Part shown: positions 1 through 8,651 of the stretch, piece by piece
Layout of the letters: each line of letters begins with the position of its first letter
Numbering within the stretch: position 1 is the stretch's first letter
IMG/VR virus record: IMGVR_UViG_3300049009_000811
Span: 32,001-96,000 of that record
Reading direction: 5' to 3' (one strand)
DNA from: a virus
Taxonomy: Duplodnaviria > Caudoviricetes
Length of the DNA stretch: 64,000 nt
Position numbers and translations under genes: made by a program
The notes under the pieces: model-generated
The model's input: the letters and a program-made list of their open reading frames with translations, nothing else
What the model was told of the DNA's origin: nothing
Databases searched by the model: none

Positions 1-34
1 TTGTGATCGGTAACTTTAACAAGGAGAATGAAAG

Positions 35-367
35 ATGAAGATTTATGTTAAGAACAAAAGTGGCAAAGTGATTTTCACATCAGATAGTGCTAAGGGTTGG
101 GTTGATGTTGATTTGAAGGGTGCGAATCTTGAGGGTGCTTATCTTCCTCATGTAAAACTTGCTGGTGCTAATGTGAATCTATCTGGTGCTAGGTTGGTTG
201 GTGCTGATCTTAGGGGTGCTGATCTAACTGGTGTTTGGTTGCTTGCTGCGAATCTTGAGGGTGCGAATCTTGAGGGTGCGAATCTTGAGGGTGCGAATCT
301 GAAGGGTGCGAATCTGAATGATGCGAATCTTGAGGGTATCAAAGTTGACAAAAAGACTCGATTCTAA
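35..367 (+). CDS. pentapeptide-repeat protein
   Basis: Tandem A(N/D)LxG repeats (GANLEGANLEGANLK); AAGGAG RBS upstream. Confidence 0.85.
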   Translation: MKIYVKNKSGKVIFTSDSAKGWVDVDLKGANLEGAYLPHVKLAGANVNLSGARLVGADLRGADLTGVWLLAANLEGANLEGANLEGANLKGANLNDANLEGIKVDKKTRF

Positions 368-371
368 TCAG

Positions 372-443
372 TACCTCCAAGGAGAATCGAACTCCTGTTT
401 TAGCTGTGAGAAAGCTATGTCCTAACCGCTAGACGATGGAGGC
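372..443 (-). tRNA. tRNA-Glu (anticodon CUC), no encoded CCA
   Basis: Reverse complement GCCTCCATCGTCTAGCGGTTAGGACATAGCTTTCTCACAGCTAAAACAGGAGTTCGATTCTCCTTGGAGGTA folds as a cloverleaf: acceptor GCCTCCA/TGGAGGT, anticodon stem TAGCT/AGCTA, loop TT-CTC-AC, T-loop GTTCGAT. Confidence 0.9.
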
Positions 444-490
444 GCGGACGGATTGTAACCGACGCGCCAGAGTAAATCAAGGAGAAAACC

Positions 491-817
491 ATGATCAACG
501 AAGACCTGTACCTGGACTTCCCCCCGGTACGACCGGTCCCGGAAGGCAATAAGACCTGCCCAGCCTGCGAAGGTCACGGCGGGTACAACGTGAGGCTGAA
601 CGCCTACCCTCTGCACCGGTACGAGAACACCAGGGAGAACCGGCACCTGCACGCCCACTTCAGGCACGGGTGCGTCAACTGCAACGGCTTGGGCTACGTC
701 CCCGAGGACCAGGATTGCGTCCACCAGTGGGGCGAGAGGCGTACCGTCGGCATGTCGCAGCACAGGTACTCCTGCGTCAACTGCGGAAGCCAGTGGACCG
801 TCGACAGCGGCGACTGA
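491..817 (+). CDS. small Zn-finger (CxxC) protein
   Basis: CPAC, CVNC, CVH and CVNC motifs; AAGGAG RBS. Confidence 0.75.
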   Translation: MINEDLYLDFPPVRPVPEGNKTCPACEGHGGYNVRLNAYPLHRYENTRENRHLHAHFRHGCVNCNGLGYVPEDQDCVHQWGERRTVGMSQHRYSCVNCGSQWTVDSGD

Positions 818-877
818 GCCGTTCCCCGTCTGCCCGGAACCCTACAGACGTAACCGAAACCCAACAAGGAGAACCAG

Positions 878-1255
878 ATGCCTTTCAGAACGTCTGACAA
901 AGTAGTGAAGGAGGACTTCTTCCTCCAGTTTGTGTACCAAAAGCCTTATAGCTTCGACGCGCCATCACACATACTCGCCAACAGTATCGCCAACGCCCTG
1001 ATGGATCGCGGACTATCCAGGGAAGCCGCCCAAAGTTTCATCTACAGCAAACTGTATCGTTGGGCATTTGATTTTGGCGGTCTTACAGAATCTATCGAAA
1101 AGGCAGGAAAAGATTTTGTCGGGAGTCTGTCGGAAGAGGATATCGAAGCCGATACCCTCAATGAGTATGGTGGCGAATTCAAAAAAGTTCCTGACGATTA
1201 CGAGTTCAGAAAACAAACCCAACAAGGAGATAGAGATGCCTTTCAGAACGTCTGA
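878..1255 (+). CDS. hypothetical cassette protein
   Basis: ORF behind motif A (817) and RBS; first 11 codons duplicated at 1236. Confidence 0.75.
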   Translation: MPFRTSDKVVKEDFFLQFVYQKPYSFDAPSHILANSIANALMDRGLSREAAQSFIYSKLYRWAFDFGGLTESIEKAGKDFVGSLSEEDIEADTLNEYGGEFKKVPDDYEFRKQTQQGDRDAFQNV

Positions 1256-1439
1256 CAAAGTAGTGAAGATTGACATATTCGTTTTAAGGGATGGATCTTT
1301 CAAATATTACTGTTCGACTGATTCTTCGAAAACTTGCAAGGAAGCAAAACAAAAGTTTTTGCAAAGCCACTCTGGTTTTAAAAATGATGAAGTTAAGGTT
1401 TCCAAGGTTAAGGCAAGAGAAGAAAGAGAAGGTGCGTAA
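1236..1439 (+). CDS. hypothetical protein (shares N-terminus MPFRTSDKVVK with the 878 ORF)
   Basis: AAGGAG RBS and ATG at 1236; duplicated leader. Confidence 0.7.
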   Translation: MPFRTSDKVVKIDIFVLRDGSFKYYCSTDSSKTCKEAKQKFLQSHSGFKNDEVKVSKVKAREEREGA

Positions 1440-1696
1440 TGTTGAAAGTAAAAGTAGAAGATTTAAAAGAAGGCGATCTTGTCGATTTAGAAAGCTGCCC
1501 CTACATGAAAGATTATCAATGGGCTAAGTGGGATATGGCTATAGTTTCCAGTGTAACAAAAGAATTTGTTGCTCGTTTTAATGAAAATCGTGTGGTAGTA
1601 AGTTATCGAGATATAGTCTGCCATATAGATACTGTTGATTATCCACTCGGAACTGTTCTGGAAGCCGTTCCCCGGCTACCCGGAACCCAACAATAG
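1439..1696 (+). CDS. hypothetical protein
   Basis: Coupled to the upstream stop (TAATG); 3' end runs through motif A at 1663. Confidence 0.65.
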   Translation: MLKVKVEDLKEGDLVDLESCPYMKDYQWAKWDMAIVSSVTKEFVARFNENRVVVSYRDIVCHIDTVDYPLGTVLEAVPRLPGTQQ

Positions 1697-1728
1697 ACGT
1701 GACTGATAACTTTAACAAGGAGAATGAT

Positions 1729-1953
1729 ATGAGCGATAAGAAAGTTTTGGACTTGACTGAGAAGTTTGATGGATTGCTGAATGAGGCGCAAGAGATCAAG
1801 GCTTCTTCCGAAGAATTGACAAGCCACCTTGATTGCGCCGGGACCTGCGAGACCGCGGAAGACTTTTTCGCTAACGTGAAAGACGCGCTTCTCGTGGCGA
1901 ACGAAATCGTAAAGGAACTGAAAAAAACACTGAAGAAAAACAAGGGAGTGTAA
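1729..1953 (+). CDS. small coiled-coil hypothetical protein
   Basis: Motif A and AAGGAG RBS upstream. Confidence 0.75.
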   Translation: MSDKKVLDLTEKFDGLLNEAQEIKASSEELTSHLDCAGTCETAEDFFANVKDALLVANEIVKELKKTLKKNKGV

Positions 1954-1957
1954 AGAC

Positions 1958-2671
1958 ATGGAAAAGGCTAGACTGACGAACAGCATCCTCGGCTGGAGGC
2001 TGATACCGCTCACCGAAGGTGCTATACCGATCCTGTCGGAACTGTACGGCTCCGACTACGACAAGATGAGCAACAAGGAGAAATCCGTCGGCGAGGGCAG
2101 GGACTGCAAGGATATCCTGGAGAACATCAGGAACGTGGCGCGCGACCTCGGCATCAGGGTGTCGGCGTGCGGCAACCGGCTCGCCCCGACCCTCCGCCTG
2201 TGGGAGGCGAAGAAGGCACAGAAGCCGGAGACCATCTCCGTCGAATTCAGGTGGTCGTGCTGGAGCGAGGACTGGACCGACTGGGGCGAGCACCTCGAGA
2301 CGATGCGCAAGGCGTTCTCCGGGGAACGAAACCCGGTCGAAGTGCGATCCAACCCGCGGTCCGCTTCGTACGCGCACGGGGGAACGGTCACGATAAGCAA
2401 GGGTCGCGCCGAAGGCATGTTCTACTCCACGTGGGACGACGACGAGGCGCTCGCCTCGACGCTCGGCATCGAATGCGACGAGGGGTTCAGCGAGATGGTC
2501 CCCTACATCCACGCGGCGGAATCCAACGGCACAGTCCGGGAGTTCTCCGCCAAAGCCAGGACGTTCGAAACCCTCATGCGCAAGATAAAGAAAGCCGAGA
2601 TGTCCATGATCGAGGACGACGAGGAAGCCTGGGACCAGATAAGGGCGTGCTTCACCGGGAGCGACAAATGA
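1958..2671 (+). CDS. hypothetical protein
   Basis: 237-aa ORF with GC3-rich codon usage and RBS. Confidence 0.75.
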   Translation: MEKARLTNSILGWRLIPLTEGAIPILSELYGSDYDKMSNKEKSVGEGRDCKDILENIRNVARDLGIRVSACGNRLAPTLRLWEAKKAQKPETISVEFRWSCWSEDWTDWGEHLETMRKAFSGERNPVEVRSNPRSASYAHGGTVTISKGRAEGMFYSTWDDDEALASTLGIECDEGFSEMVPYIHAAESNGTVREFSAKARTFETLMRKIKKAEMSMIEDDEEAWDQIRACFTGSDK

Positions 2672-2838
2672 TCGACGAGAACGAGATACGCAAGCTGGAG
2701 AGGTGGAGCAGGGAGGAACTGTCCCTGCTCGTCTCGAGGACCGCGGAAAGGGAACTCCAGAGGCTCCGCGAGGAGAACCTGGCGCTGAGGGAAGAACTGG
2801 ACAGGCTGAAGAACCAAACAGACAAGGGAGGCGCGTGA
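2668..2838 (+). CDS. small coiled-coil protein (MIDENEIRK...)
   Basis: ATGA overlap with the upstream ORF. Confidence 0.6.
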   Translation: MIDENEIRKLERWSREELSLLVSRTAERELQRLREENLALREELDRLKNQTDKGGA

Positions 2839-2948
2839 TGCTGCAGGACATCGTTTTCGGATTCTGCGTGGTATACCTGGCTGTCGTTTTGCCGGTCACG
2901 TTCTGCGTCGCCGTCGTCTCGGTGATCGTGAGCATTTTCATTTTGTAG
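2838..2948 (+). CDS. small membrane peptide (MLQDIVFG...)
   Basis: GGAGG RBS, TGATG overlap, hydrophobic 36 aa. Confidence 0.5.
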   Translation: MLQDIVFGFCVVYLAVVLPVTFCVAVVSVIVSIFIL

Positions 2949-2962
2949 GAAACGAGTAACAT

Positions 2963-3514
2963 ATGCCGAACTGGTGCATGAACATGGTGACCGTGTCACA
3001 CCCCAACCCGAAGAAGCTGCAGCTCCTGGTCGACGCGTACAACGCCGACAGGATGCTCGACATAATGGTGCCCGAGCCGGAATACGCGCGGGACGTCACC
3101 GGGGAAACCCGATCCGACATCCTCGACGTCCAAGACCTGGCTGCGCTGGGCGACGCGCAGATGGAACTCGAGAAGTCCAGGTACGCCTGGCGTCTCGGGA
3201 ACTGGGGATGCAAGTGGGACGTGAGGAGGTCTCACGGCGAGCCGGAAGCTTCGGTCAAGGAAGGATCGGCGACCATGCGGTTCCACAGCCCGTGGCAGCC
3301 TCCCCTGCGCGCCTACGAGATACTGCGCGACGAGGGGTTCACGGTCCAAGCCTACTACTTCGAGCCGATGATCGGGTTCTGCGGGTACGCCGACGAGAAG
3401 CAGCAGCAGCACGTGGACATAATCAAGCCGACACGTGAATGGATAGGCGCGAACGTGCCGGCTCACGTTGACGAAGCCATGGGCGTGAGCCAGACATACG
3501 TGAACCACCCGTAG
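2963..3514 (+). CDS. DUF1281/YubB-like ferredoxin-fold protein
   Basis: MPNWCxN start, NWGCKWD, FHSPWQPP and YYFEPMIGFCG motifs. Confidence 0.75.
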   Translation: MPNWCMNMVTVSHPNPKKLQLLVDAYNADRMLDIMVPEPEYARDVTGETRSDILDVQDLAALGDAQMELEKSRYAWRLGNWGCKWDVRRSHGEPEASVKEGSATMRFHSPWQPPLRAYEILRDEGFTVQAYYFEPMIGFCGYADEKQQQHVDIIKPTREWIGANVPAHVDEAMGVSQTYVNHP

Positions 3515-3519
3515 CAGCC

Positions 3520-3676
3520 TGTGAAGCGGACCTGTGAATCGGACTTGTGAAGGTATCCTGTGAAGGCAGCCCCGCGACGGCGAGACCACGTGAAGGCAAG
3601 GGAAACGTGAAGGTGGAAGCATCGCCGCGCGTGACCGGGGCGGAACTGTGAAGCCTCCGATCCCGAGTTGTGAAGC
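3520..3676 (+). repeat. cluster of about 8 GTGAAG/GTGAAT hexamers in an intergenic region
   Basis: Copies near 3521, 3534, 3547, 3560, 3590, 3608, 3648 and 3670, next to motif B. Confidence 0.65.
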
Positions 3677-3710
3677 TTGTCCGGAGGTCAGTACACCGGT
3701 CACATCCAAT

Positions 3711-3740
3711 AAAAAAAGACCAGGGAATCTCCCTGGTCCT
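3711..3740 (-). terminator. intrinsic terminator
   Basis: GACCAGGGA-AT-C-TCCCTGGTC hairpin with an A7 tract (U-tract on the minus strand) after ORF 3746..4273. Confidence 0.75.
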
Positions 3741-3745
3741 CTCGC

Positions 3746-4273
3746 TTACTTCTCCTGTCCCGTCGCCTTGGCGATAAGGGCGCGAAGCTCGTCCCACAAC
3801 GGCTCGTCCTCGTCCCATCGGTTGGGAAGGTCCTCGAGCCTGTGAAGCATCTCCAGCATTTCGGGCGCAGCCGCTATCAGCCTGGCGTCCGCGACGCTCG
3901 ACTCCGTGTAGTAGCACCTTTCTTCCCTCTTGCCCTTCGGCACCTTCCACTCGTGACCAGCGATGAGGCAGATCCTGATCGGATACTTGTGATGGTTTTC
4001 GTCCTGGGTGAGATACAGATGTTCCGCCCTGTCGCCGACGGCGAAACCTTCGGCTTTCCAGGGTCCGGGCGTGTGAGCCATTTTTTCGCTCCTCGTGTGG
4101 TACAGGTATTCTTCTTCGTCGCATTCGACCGCGTTTATCAACTCGCCATTCGGATAGGCTTCCATAGCCTGTTCGTCCGCCTGGTCCATGTCATCCGCCA
4201 TGCAATAAAAAAACAACGTAAGTTTCGTGTCGCCTTTGTCCTCGCGCAACGACACTTTGAATGGTCTCATCAT
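3746..4273 (-). CDS. hypothetical protein, HTPGPW...LIAAAPE...AKATG family, with N-terminal extension
   Basis: MAHTPGPW and ADARLIAAAPEMLEML...ALIAKATG motifs; motif A upstream. Confidence 0.75.
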   Translation of the reverse strand: MMRPFKVSLREDKGDTKLTLFFYCMADDMDQADEQAMEAYPNGELINAVECDEEEYLYHTRSEKMAHTPGPWKAEGFAVGDRAEHLYLTQDENHHKYPIRICLIAGHEWKVPKGKREERCYYTESSVADARLIAAAPEMLEMLHRLEDLPNRWDEDEPLWDELRALIAKATGQEK

Positions 4274-4319
4274 TTTCTTTTCTCCTTTGACAATAGGGTT
4301 CCGCGTGAAGCCCGAACGG

Positions 4320-4718
4320 CTAGACCGGGATACTTATCTTGAAGTAATCCCAGGTCTTGCTGGATACATGCTCGACCTTGCCCCCGATGGACTCGACCGA
4401 TCTCGTGACCGACGACACGCCGGATCCAGAAGGGAAGAAAGCCTTCCGCACCTTCGTGACGACCCGAGCCTTGCCGCGACCCGACTTGACCTCGTCGTCG
4501 AAGAAGCCGATGCCCTTGGCTGTAGCCTCGTTCTTCAGCGCCGCTTCCTGCACCTGCGGGATCTGGTCCAGGCACTCCGCCAGAACCGTGGAAAGCTTGC
4601 AATAGCCGCAGCCCGAGGCTTTGGCGGTCGCAGCCCCACCTGGATGGTAGGCTACTGCGTGGGGGTTCATCCCCCAGGTCTTCGATTTCTTCCATTCAAC
4701 CTTCACTTCAATTTCCAT
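4320..4718 (-). CDS. hypothetical cassette protein
   Basis: Motif A (4782) and AGGAG RBS; its stop TAG is supplied by the next motif A. Confidence 0.75.
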   Translation of the reverse strand: MEIEVKVEWKKSKTWGMNPHAVAYHPGGAATAKASGCGYCKLSTVLAECLDQIPQVQEAALKNEATAKGIGFFDDEVKSGRGKARVVTKVRKAFFPSGSGVSSVTRSVESIGGKVEHVSSKTWDYFKISIPV

Positions 4719-4828
4719 TTCAAGTCTCCTTGTTGTTTCGTTTCCACACGAAGGTGGGGTTCCAGGTAAAACACGAACGGCTTCAAAAGAAAAAGGGCGA
4801 CCGTGTGAAGGTCGCCCAGGTTTCCGGA

Positions 4829-5320
4829 CTACGCCGCATCCCCTGCGGTTTCTTCCTCGCTGTCGAACAAGCTAACGATGTTCGAGCTTTTTACCACGAA
4901 GCAAGGCTCGTTGCTAGGCTTCTGGTCCGATGGCGTGAGGAAGCTGTTGAAAACTTCCTTCGTCACCTCGTTGCCGTCCACGAAGTAAACGACCTTGGGC
5001 TTGTTGTTCGCCGCGGGGTAGAAGCGGAAATAAAAGGTTTCCTCTCCACCCTTGGGGGTGTGCTTGATCACATGGGGGAATACCACCCATGTCCCGAACG
5101 GAAGAGGACCAACATCACCACGCTCGCCGGCGGCGATTCCGTCCTTGACGGATTTGAGGTTTTCAAACGCCTTGCCGGCGGTGAAGACCCCGGAGGTCAA
5201 TTTCTCCAGAAGCTTGCCCTTGAAGGCAGCCGCTGGTTTCTTGGTGGTGCGGAACTTCGCTTTCACGAATTGTCCCTTGACACCCAAAAACTTCATCACA
5301 TTCGGATCGTTCATTTCCAT
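4829..5320 (-). CDS. hypothetical cassette protein
   Basis: Motif A (5387); followed by hairpin GGGCGACC..GGTCGCCC at about 4795-4818. Confidence 0.75.
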   Translation of the reverse strand: MEMNDPNVMKFLGVKGQFVKAKFRTTKKPAAAFKGKLLEKLTSGVFTAGKAFENLKSVKDGIAAGERGDVGPLPFGTWVVFPHVIKHTPKGGEETFYFRFYPAANNKPKVVYFVDGNEVTKEVFNSFLTPSDQKPSNEPCFVVKSSNIVSLFDSEEETAGDAA

Positions 5321-5593
5321 TTCTCAATCCCCTTTTTAAAGTTTCCCACCACACGATGATGGGGTTCCAGGTCTTTGGCGAACGGCTCGCCATTAGTCAT
5401 TCGTTTCAAGTCCAAAAAGATTTCTCTTTTTTTTCCTTATTTCGTTTCCCACAATTGTAGGGTGCCAGATCCGGCACGAACGGCTCGCCTGGTCCGGAGG
5501 TCAGTACACCACATTCCCCCAGGTCGGCCGTTCGCCGAAAACCTGGCACCCTACCATCGTGTGGTGGAAACAATAAAACAAGGAGACTGAGAC

Positions 5594-5770
5594 ATGAACG
5601 AAAACCAGATCATCATCGAAGAAGCCCTCAATGCAGCTTGCCTAGCCGTACAAGAACGGATAGGTGTGACGGACGGGGGCTGGGCATCACTGTTCTTCAC
5701 TGGCGAGAATCGCCAGAAATTCGAGGATCTGTTCTCGGCTTACATTCGATCCGAGAAGTCCTCGGACTAG
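5594..5770 (+). CDS. 58-aa hypothetical protein (MNENQIIIEE...), below the ORF-track cutoff
   Basis: Motif A (5526), AAGGAG RBS, terminator at 5775-5803. Confidence 0.7.
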   Translation: MNENQIIIEEALNAACLAVQERIGVTDGGWASLFFTGENRQKFEDLFSAYIRSEKSSD

Positions 5771-5774
5771 GGAT

Positions 5775-5803
5775 AAAGCCCCGAAATGGGGCTTTGACTT
5801 TTT
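5775..5803 (+). terminator. intrinsic terminator
   Basis: AAAGCCCC-GAAAT-GGGGCTTT followed by a T-rich tail. Confidence 0.75.
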
Positions 5804-5919
5804 ACTGGAAACCGGTGTACTGACTTCCAGAGCCAGTAACCTGGACCAGGCGAGCCGTTCGCCCTGAACCTGGAACCCTATCATCGTGTGGCGGGAACAA
5901 TAAAACAAGGAGAATGGAA

Positions 5920-6075
5920 ATGGAAGAGATGAAGCCTAGCGTGGTGCTCATGTGGGTAGCGGCTGAGACTTCGGTCGCAGCCTGCATACTGATGGACGAT
6001 CAGGCATTCGCCAGCAAGCTAAGGAACGGGGCGCAGGTCCAAGAATTGGTAAGCTGGGTAAACGAAAACTACTAG
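5920..6075 (+). CDS. 51-aa hypothetical protein (MEEMKPSVV...)
   Basis: Motif A (5853), RBS, hairpin at 6081-6103. Confidence 0.7.
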   Translation: MEEMKPSVVLMWVAAETSVAACILMDDQAFASKLRNGAQVQELVSWVNENY

Positions 6076-6229
6076 GGGATATCCCGGGTTTAACGCCCGG
6101 GATTTCTCGATTCCAGGAAACCGGTGTACTGACCTCCGGAGCCAGTAACCTGGACCAGGCGAGCCGTTCGCCCTGAACCCGGAACCCTATCGTCGTGTGG
6201 TGGAAACGAAACAAACAAGGAGAATGAAG

Positions 6230-6541
6230 ATGAACAAGATCGACGAGATGCTGGAAGCGAAGATAAAGGAAGAATTGACACCGGTCGATATCGAGGAATA
6301 TTACGCGGCAGCACTCGACGACATTTACCCCGTCGTTGAGATAGGACATTCCAGATTCAGCCCGAGCAGTATCGTAAGGGAACTTTCCCCGACAGATTTC
6401 CGCTGCGGGATGAACGACTACATCGACGGCGACGACACGCTCGAGTACGTGGCTGACGAATGGTACAGAGCCGACGAAATCCAGAAGCTCCGCGAGGAGA
6501 TCGAGGAAGAGATCGAGGCTGCGGAAGCGGAAGAGGACTAG
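6230..6541 (+). CDS. acidic phage early protein
   Basis: Motif A (6162); very D/E-rich; LDD..PVVEIG..F.PS....L.P..FRCG.NDY pattern. Confidence 0.75.
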   Translation: MNKIDEMLEAKIKEELTPVDIEEYYAAALDDIYPVVEIGHSRFSPSSIVRELSPTDFRCGMNDYIDGDDTLEYVADEWYRADEIQKLREEIEEEIEAAEAEED

Positions 6542-6608
6542 CCGTTCGCCGTCAACTCGGCACCCTATGTTCGTGGCGGGAAACTTAACTTTAACAGGAG
6601 AATAAACC

Positions 6609-6806
6609 ATGTATGTAAAAGCAAAAACGACAGAGGAAAAATTGATCGATCTTGTTAAGGAGCTTGCTGGACATCTGGAAGATGTTTACATTCAACCTGA
6701 CTTTGATGAAAATCAGTATGGGCAAAAACTTTGCGATAGGGCAAATAAATTTGCCTATAAAGCTGATAAAAGAAGGAACGAAATCTACAAAAAAGCAGGA
6801 GTTTAA
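6609..6806 (+). CDS. hypothetical protein
   Basis: Motif A (6540) and AGGAG RBS. Confidence 0.7.
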   Translation: MYVKAKTTEEKLIDLVKELAGHLEDVYIQPDFDENQYGQKLCDRANKFAYKADKRRNEIYKKAGV

Positions 6807-6807
6807 C

Positions 6808-7059
6808 ATGACGGACACAATAAAATTGGCGAACCGGTTCAGGAAATTGCCGTTCGCCAGCATATGCGAGCAGATCGAGCCGCTGGCGAAGGAGATCGAG
6901 GCGTCGAAATTCGCGAACGCGATGGAGATCCTCCGTCAGGAGATAGAGGTCCACCAAGACTGCGACAACTGGATAAAGGCGGACGTGCTTTCAAAAGCAC
7001 TACGTGAAATCAGAACAGTCAGAGACAGGGCGCTTGCAGCCTTGGCACGTAACCCATAG
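6808..7059 (+). CDS. hypothetical protein (MTDTIKL...)
   Basis: AGGAG RBS, directly after the 6806 stop. Confidence 0.65.
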   Translation: MTDTIKLANRFRKLPFASICEQIEPLAKEIEASKFANAMEILRQEIEVHQDCDNWIKADVLSKALREIRTVRDRALAALARNP

Positions 7060-7089
7060 GCATGGAAACAAACAAACAAGGAGACTGAG

Positions 7090-7278
7090 ATGAAGAAATT
7101 CACGGTAAAGGTTTGCAGGATCTCATACGGGTTCAACGACATCGAGGTGGACGCGGAAACGCCGGAGCAAGCCGAAGAGCTTGCCCTCGAGAACGCTGGC
7201 GACTACCTATTCAGCGAAAAAAGCAGCGAATATACGACCGATGGCGCAACCGAGAAGGAGCATATAAATGGAAGATGA
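7090..7278 (+). CDS. small hypothetical protein (IEVDAETPEQAEELA, DpnD/PcfM-like pattern)
   Basis: AAGGAG RBS; EVxAxxxExAxE pattern. Confidence 0.65.
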   Translation: MKKFTVKVCRISYGFNDIEVDAETPEQAEELALENAGDYLFSEKSSEYTTDGATEKEHINGR

Positions 7279-7525
7279 TTATTTCCGCGTTCCGACCTGG
7301 ACGGAAGTCTGCAGGGAGTACGCGGCGAACGTAGGAGGGGATCGACCCGAGCAGGCTTGGATCCTCACCCCATGGGACACCTGGGAACGCAACCCAGCCT
7401 ATTCCGGCGTGTTCGCGGACGCCCCGCACCCGTTCATCTCGGTGGAAGACTTCTACGACGACGACGGAGGCGCGCAGGCTCCGGCACCGGAGAAGCCGAC
7501 TGAACCGGACGACTGTCCGTTCTAG
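7268..7525 (+). CDS. hypothetical protein
   Basis: AAGGAG RBS; stop overlaps motif A at 7524. Confidence 0.7.
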   Translation: MEDDYFRVPTWTEVCREYAANVGGDRPEQAWILTPWDTWERNPAYSGVFADAPHPFISVEDFYDDDGGAQAPAPEKPTEPDDCPF

Positions 7526-7585
7526 CCGTTCCCCGGCAACCCGGAACCCTATGGTCGCAACCTAACTTCAACAGGAGAATGAAAG

Positions 7586-7762
7586 ATGAGTCATACGCCA
7601 GAGAAAATAAATTCCGAGTTGCTCAACATGCTCATGAGAATGGTCGATGAATGTTCTTATTCCCATGTCACCCCCGAGGGCGTTGAAATCGCCAGCAGAC
7701 CGTGCCCAATCACGATGCAGCATGCCCGCGAAGCCATCGCAAAGGCGACAGGAAAAAGCTAG
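7586..7762 (+). CDS. 58-aa protein MSHTPE...AIAKATGKS (AKATG family)
   Basis: Motif A (7524), RBS; C-terminus paralogous to the 8295 and 3746 ORFs. Confidence 0.7.
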   Translation: MSHTPEKINSELLNMLMRMVDECSYSHVTPEGVEIASRPCPITMQHAREAIAKATGKS

Positions 7763-7819
7763 CCGTTCGCCCGACATCTGGAACCCTATGGTCGTGTGGT
7801 GGAAACGAAATTATAACCT

Positions 7820-8236
7820 ATGAGGATTCATGCCATGAAAAGAACAAGAACAGTAGAAATTGAAGATGTTTTAGATTCATGTGTAGAAACAGCAATCGAT
7901 AAAGTTAAGGATTTACTGGAAGAATACATAAAAGAAAACGATTCCGGTCCTTTGCCTGATATCAATAACGACTTGGATTACTCTGGCTCCGTTCACGAAA
8001 TAATCGATAGGTCTGTACCAGATTATTACAAGGTCATAGACGATACTTGGTATCTTTATAAAGAAGATTTGATCGAAGCTTACGAAAATTCCGGAATGGG
8101 CGACAATCCCATGGATGGCAACGGAACAGTTGCGATATATTGCTATATCGAACAAAAAGTAGGCGAATGGTACCGAAAAGAAGCGCAAGACATATTTGAT
8201 GAAATAGTCAGTAAGAAGAAGAAAAAGAAAAGCTAG
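7820..8236 (+). CDS. acidic protein, possibly Ocr-like anti-restriction DNA mimic
   Basis: VHEIIDRSVPDYY resembles T7 Ocr IHMAADNAVPHYY; acidic, 138 aa. Confidence 0.55.
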   Translation: MRIHAMKRTRTVEIEDVLDSCVETAIDKVKDLLEEYIKENDSGPLPDINNDLDYSGSVHEIIDRSVPDYYKVIDDTWYLYKEDLIEAYENSGMGDNPMDGNGTVAIYCYIEQKVGEWYRKEAQDIFDEIVSKKKKKKS

Positions 8237-8294
8237 CCGTTCCCCGACATCTGGAACCCTACAAACGTAACTCAACACTAACAGGAGAAGAATA

Positions 8295-8585
8295 ATGACC
8301 GATAAACCAAAGTGGGACTTAGAAGAAGTTCCTTTTGAAAACAACGATCCTGCGGGTGGATGGTATCTCCACTTTGATACAGAGGCAGATCATGAAGTTC
8401 TATACATGAGTAAAAGCAATGTATCAGAAGAACAAGCCAATCTAATAGCAGCGTCGCCAGAGTTGCTGGAAACGCTGAAAGACATTTCTGTTTGGTTGAC
8501 AGCACCTTCTACGGACAAAGCAACCATCGATCATTGGAAGCAAAAGGTTTCAACAGCCATCGCAAAGGCGACAGGAAAAAGCTAG
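8295..8585 (+). CDS. hypothetical protein (LIAASPELL...AKATG family)
   Basis: Motif A (8235), RBS. Confidence 0.75.
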   Translation: MTDKPKWDLEEVPFENNDPAGGWYLHFDTEADHEVLYMSKSNVSEEQANLIAASPELLETLKDISVWLTAPSTDKATIDHWKQKVSTAIAKATGKS

Positions 8586-8651
8586 CCGTTCGCCCGACAT
8601 CTGGAACCCTATGGTCGTGTGGTGGAAACGAAACAAAAGGGAGACATAGAG

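Larger units (their letters stand above)
7732..8633 (+). repeat. exact 79-bp direct repeat (7732-7810 and 8555-8633)
   Basis: AGCCATCGCAAAGGCGACAGG...GGTGGAAACGAAA is identical in both places and includes a gene 3' end plus motif A. Confidence 0.9.

Noticed and set aside
1871-2962. Long antisense ORFs (also 11926-13017, 31559-32644, 41500-42714, 55920-57629, 61992-63419)
   Set aside because: Shadows of GC3-rich genes on the opposite strand; no RBS or recognisable motifs.
5526-5557. Motif A as a sigma54 promoter or LexA box
   Set aside because: TGGCAC appears in only some copies and there is no TTGC at -12. The GTTC-N12-GAAC spacing does not match LexA boxes I know (N4 or N7).
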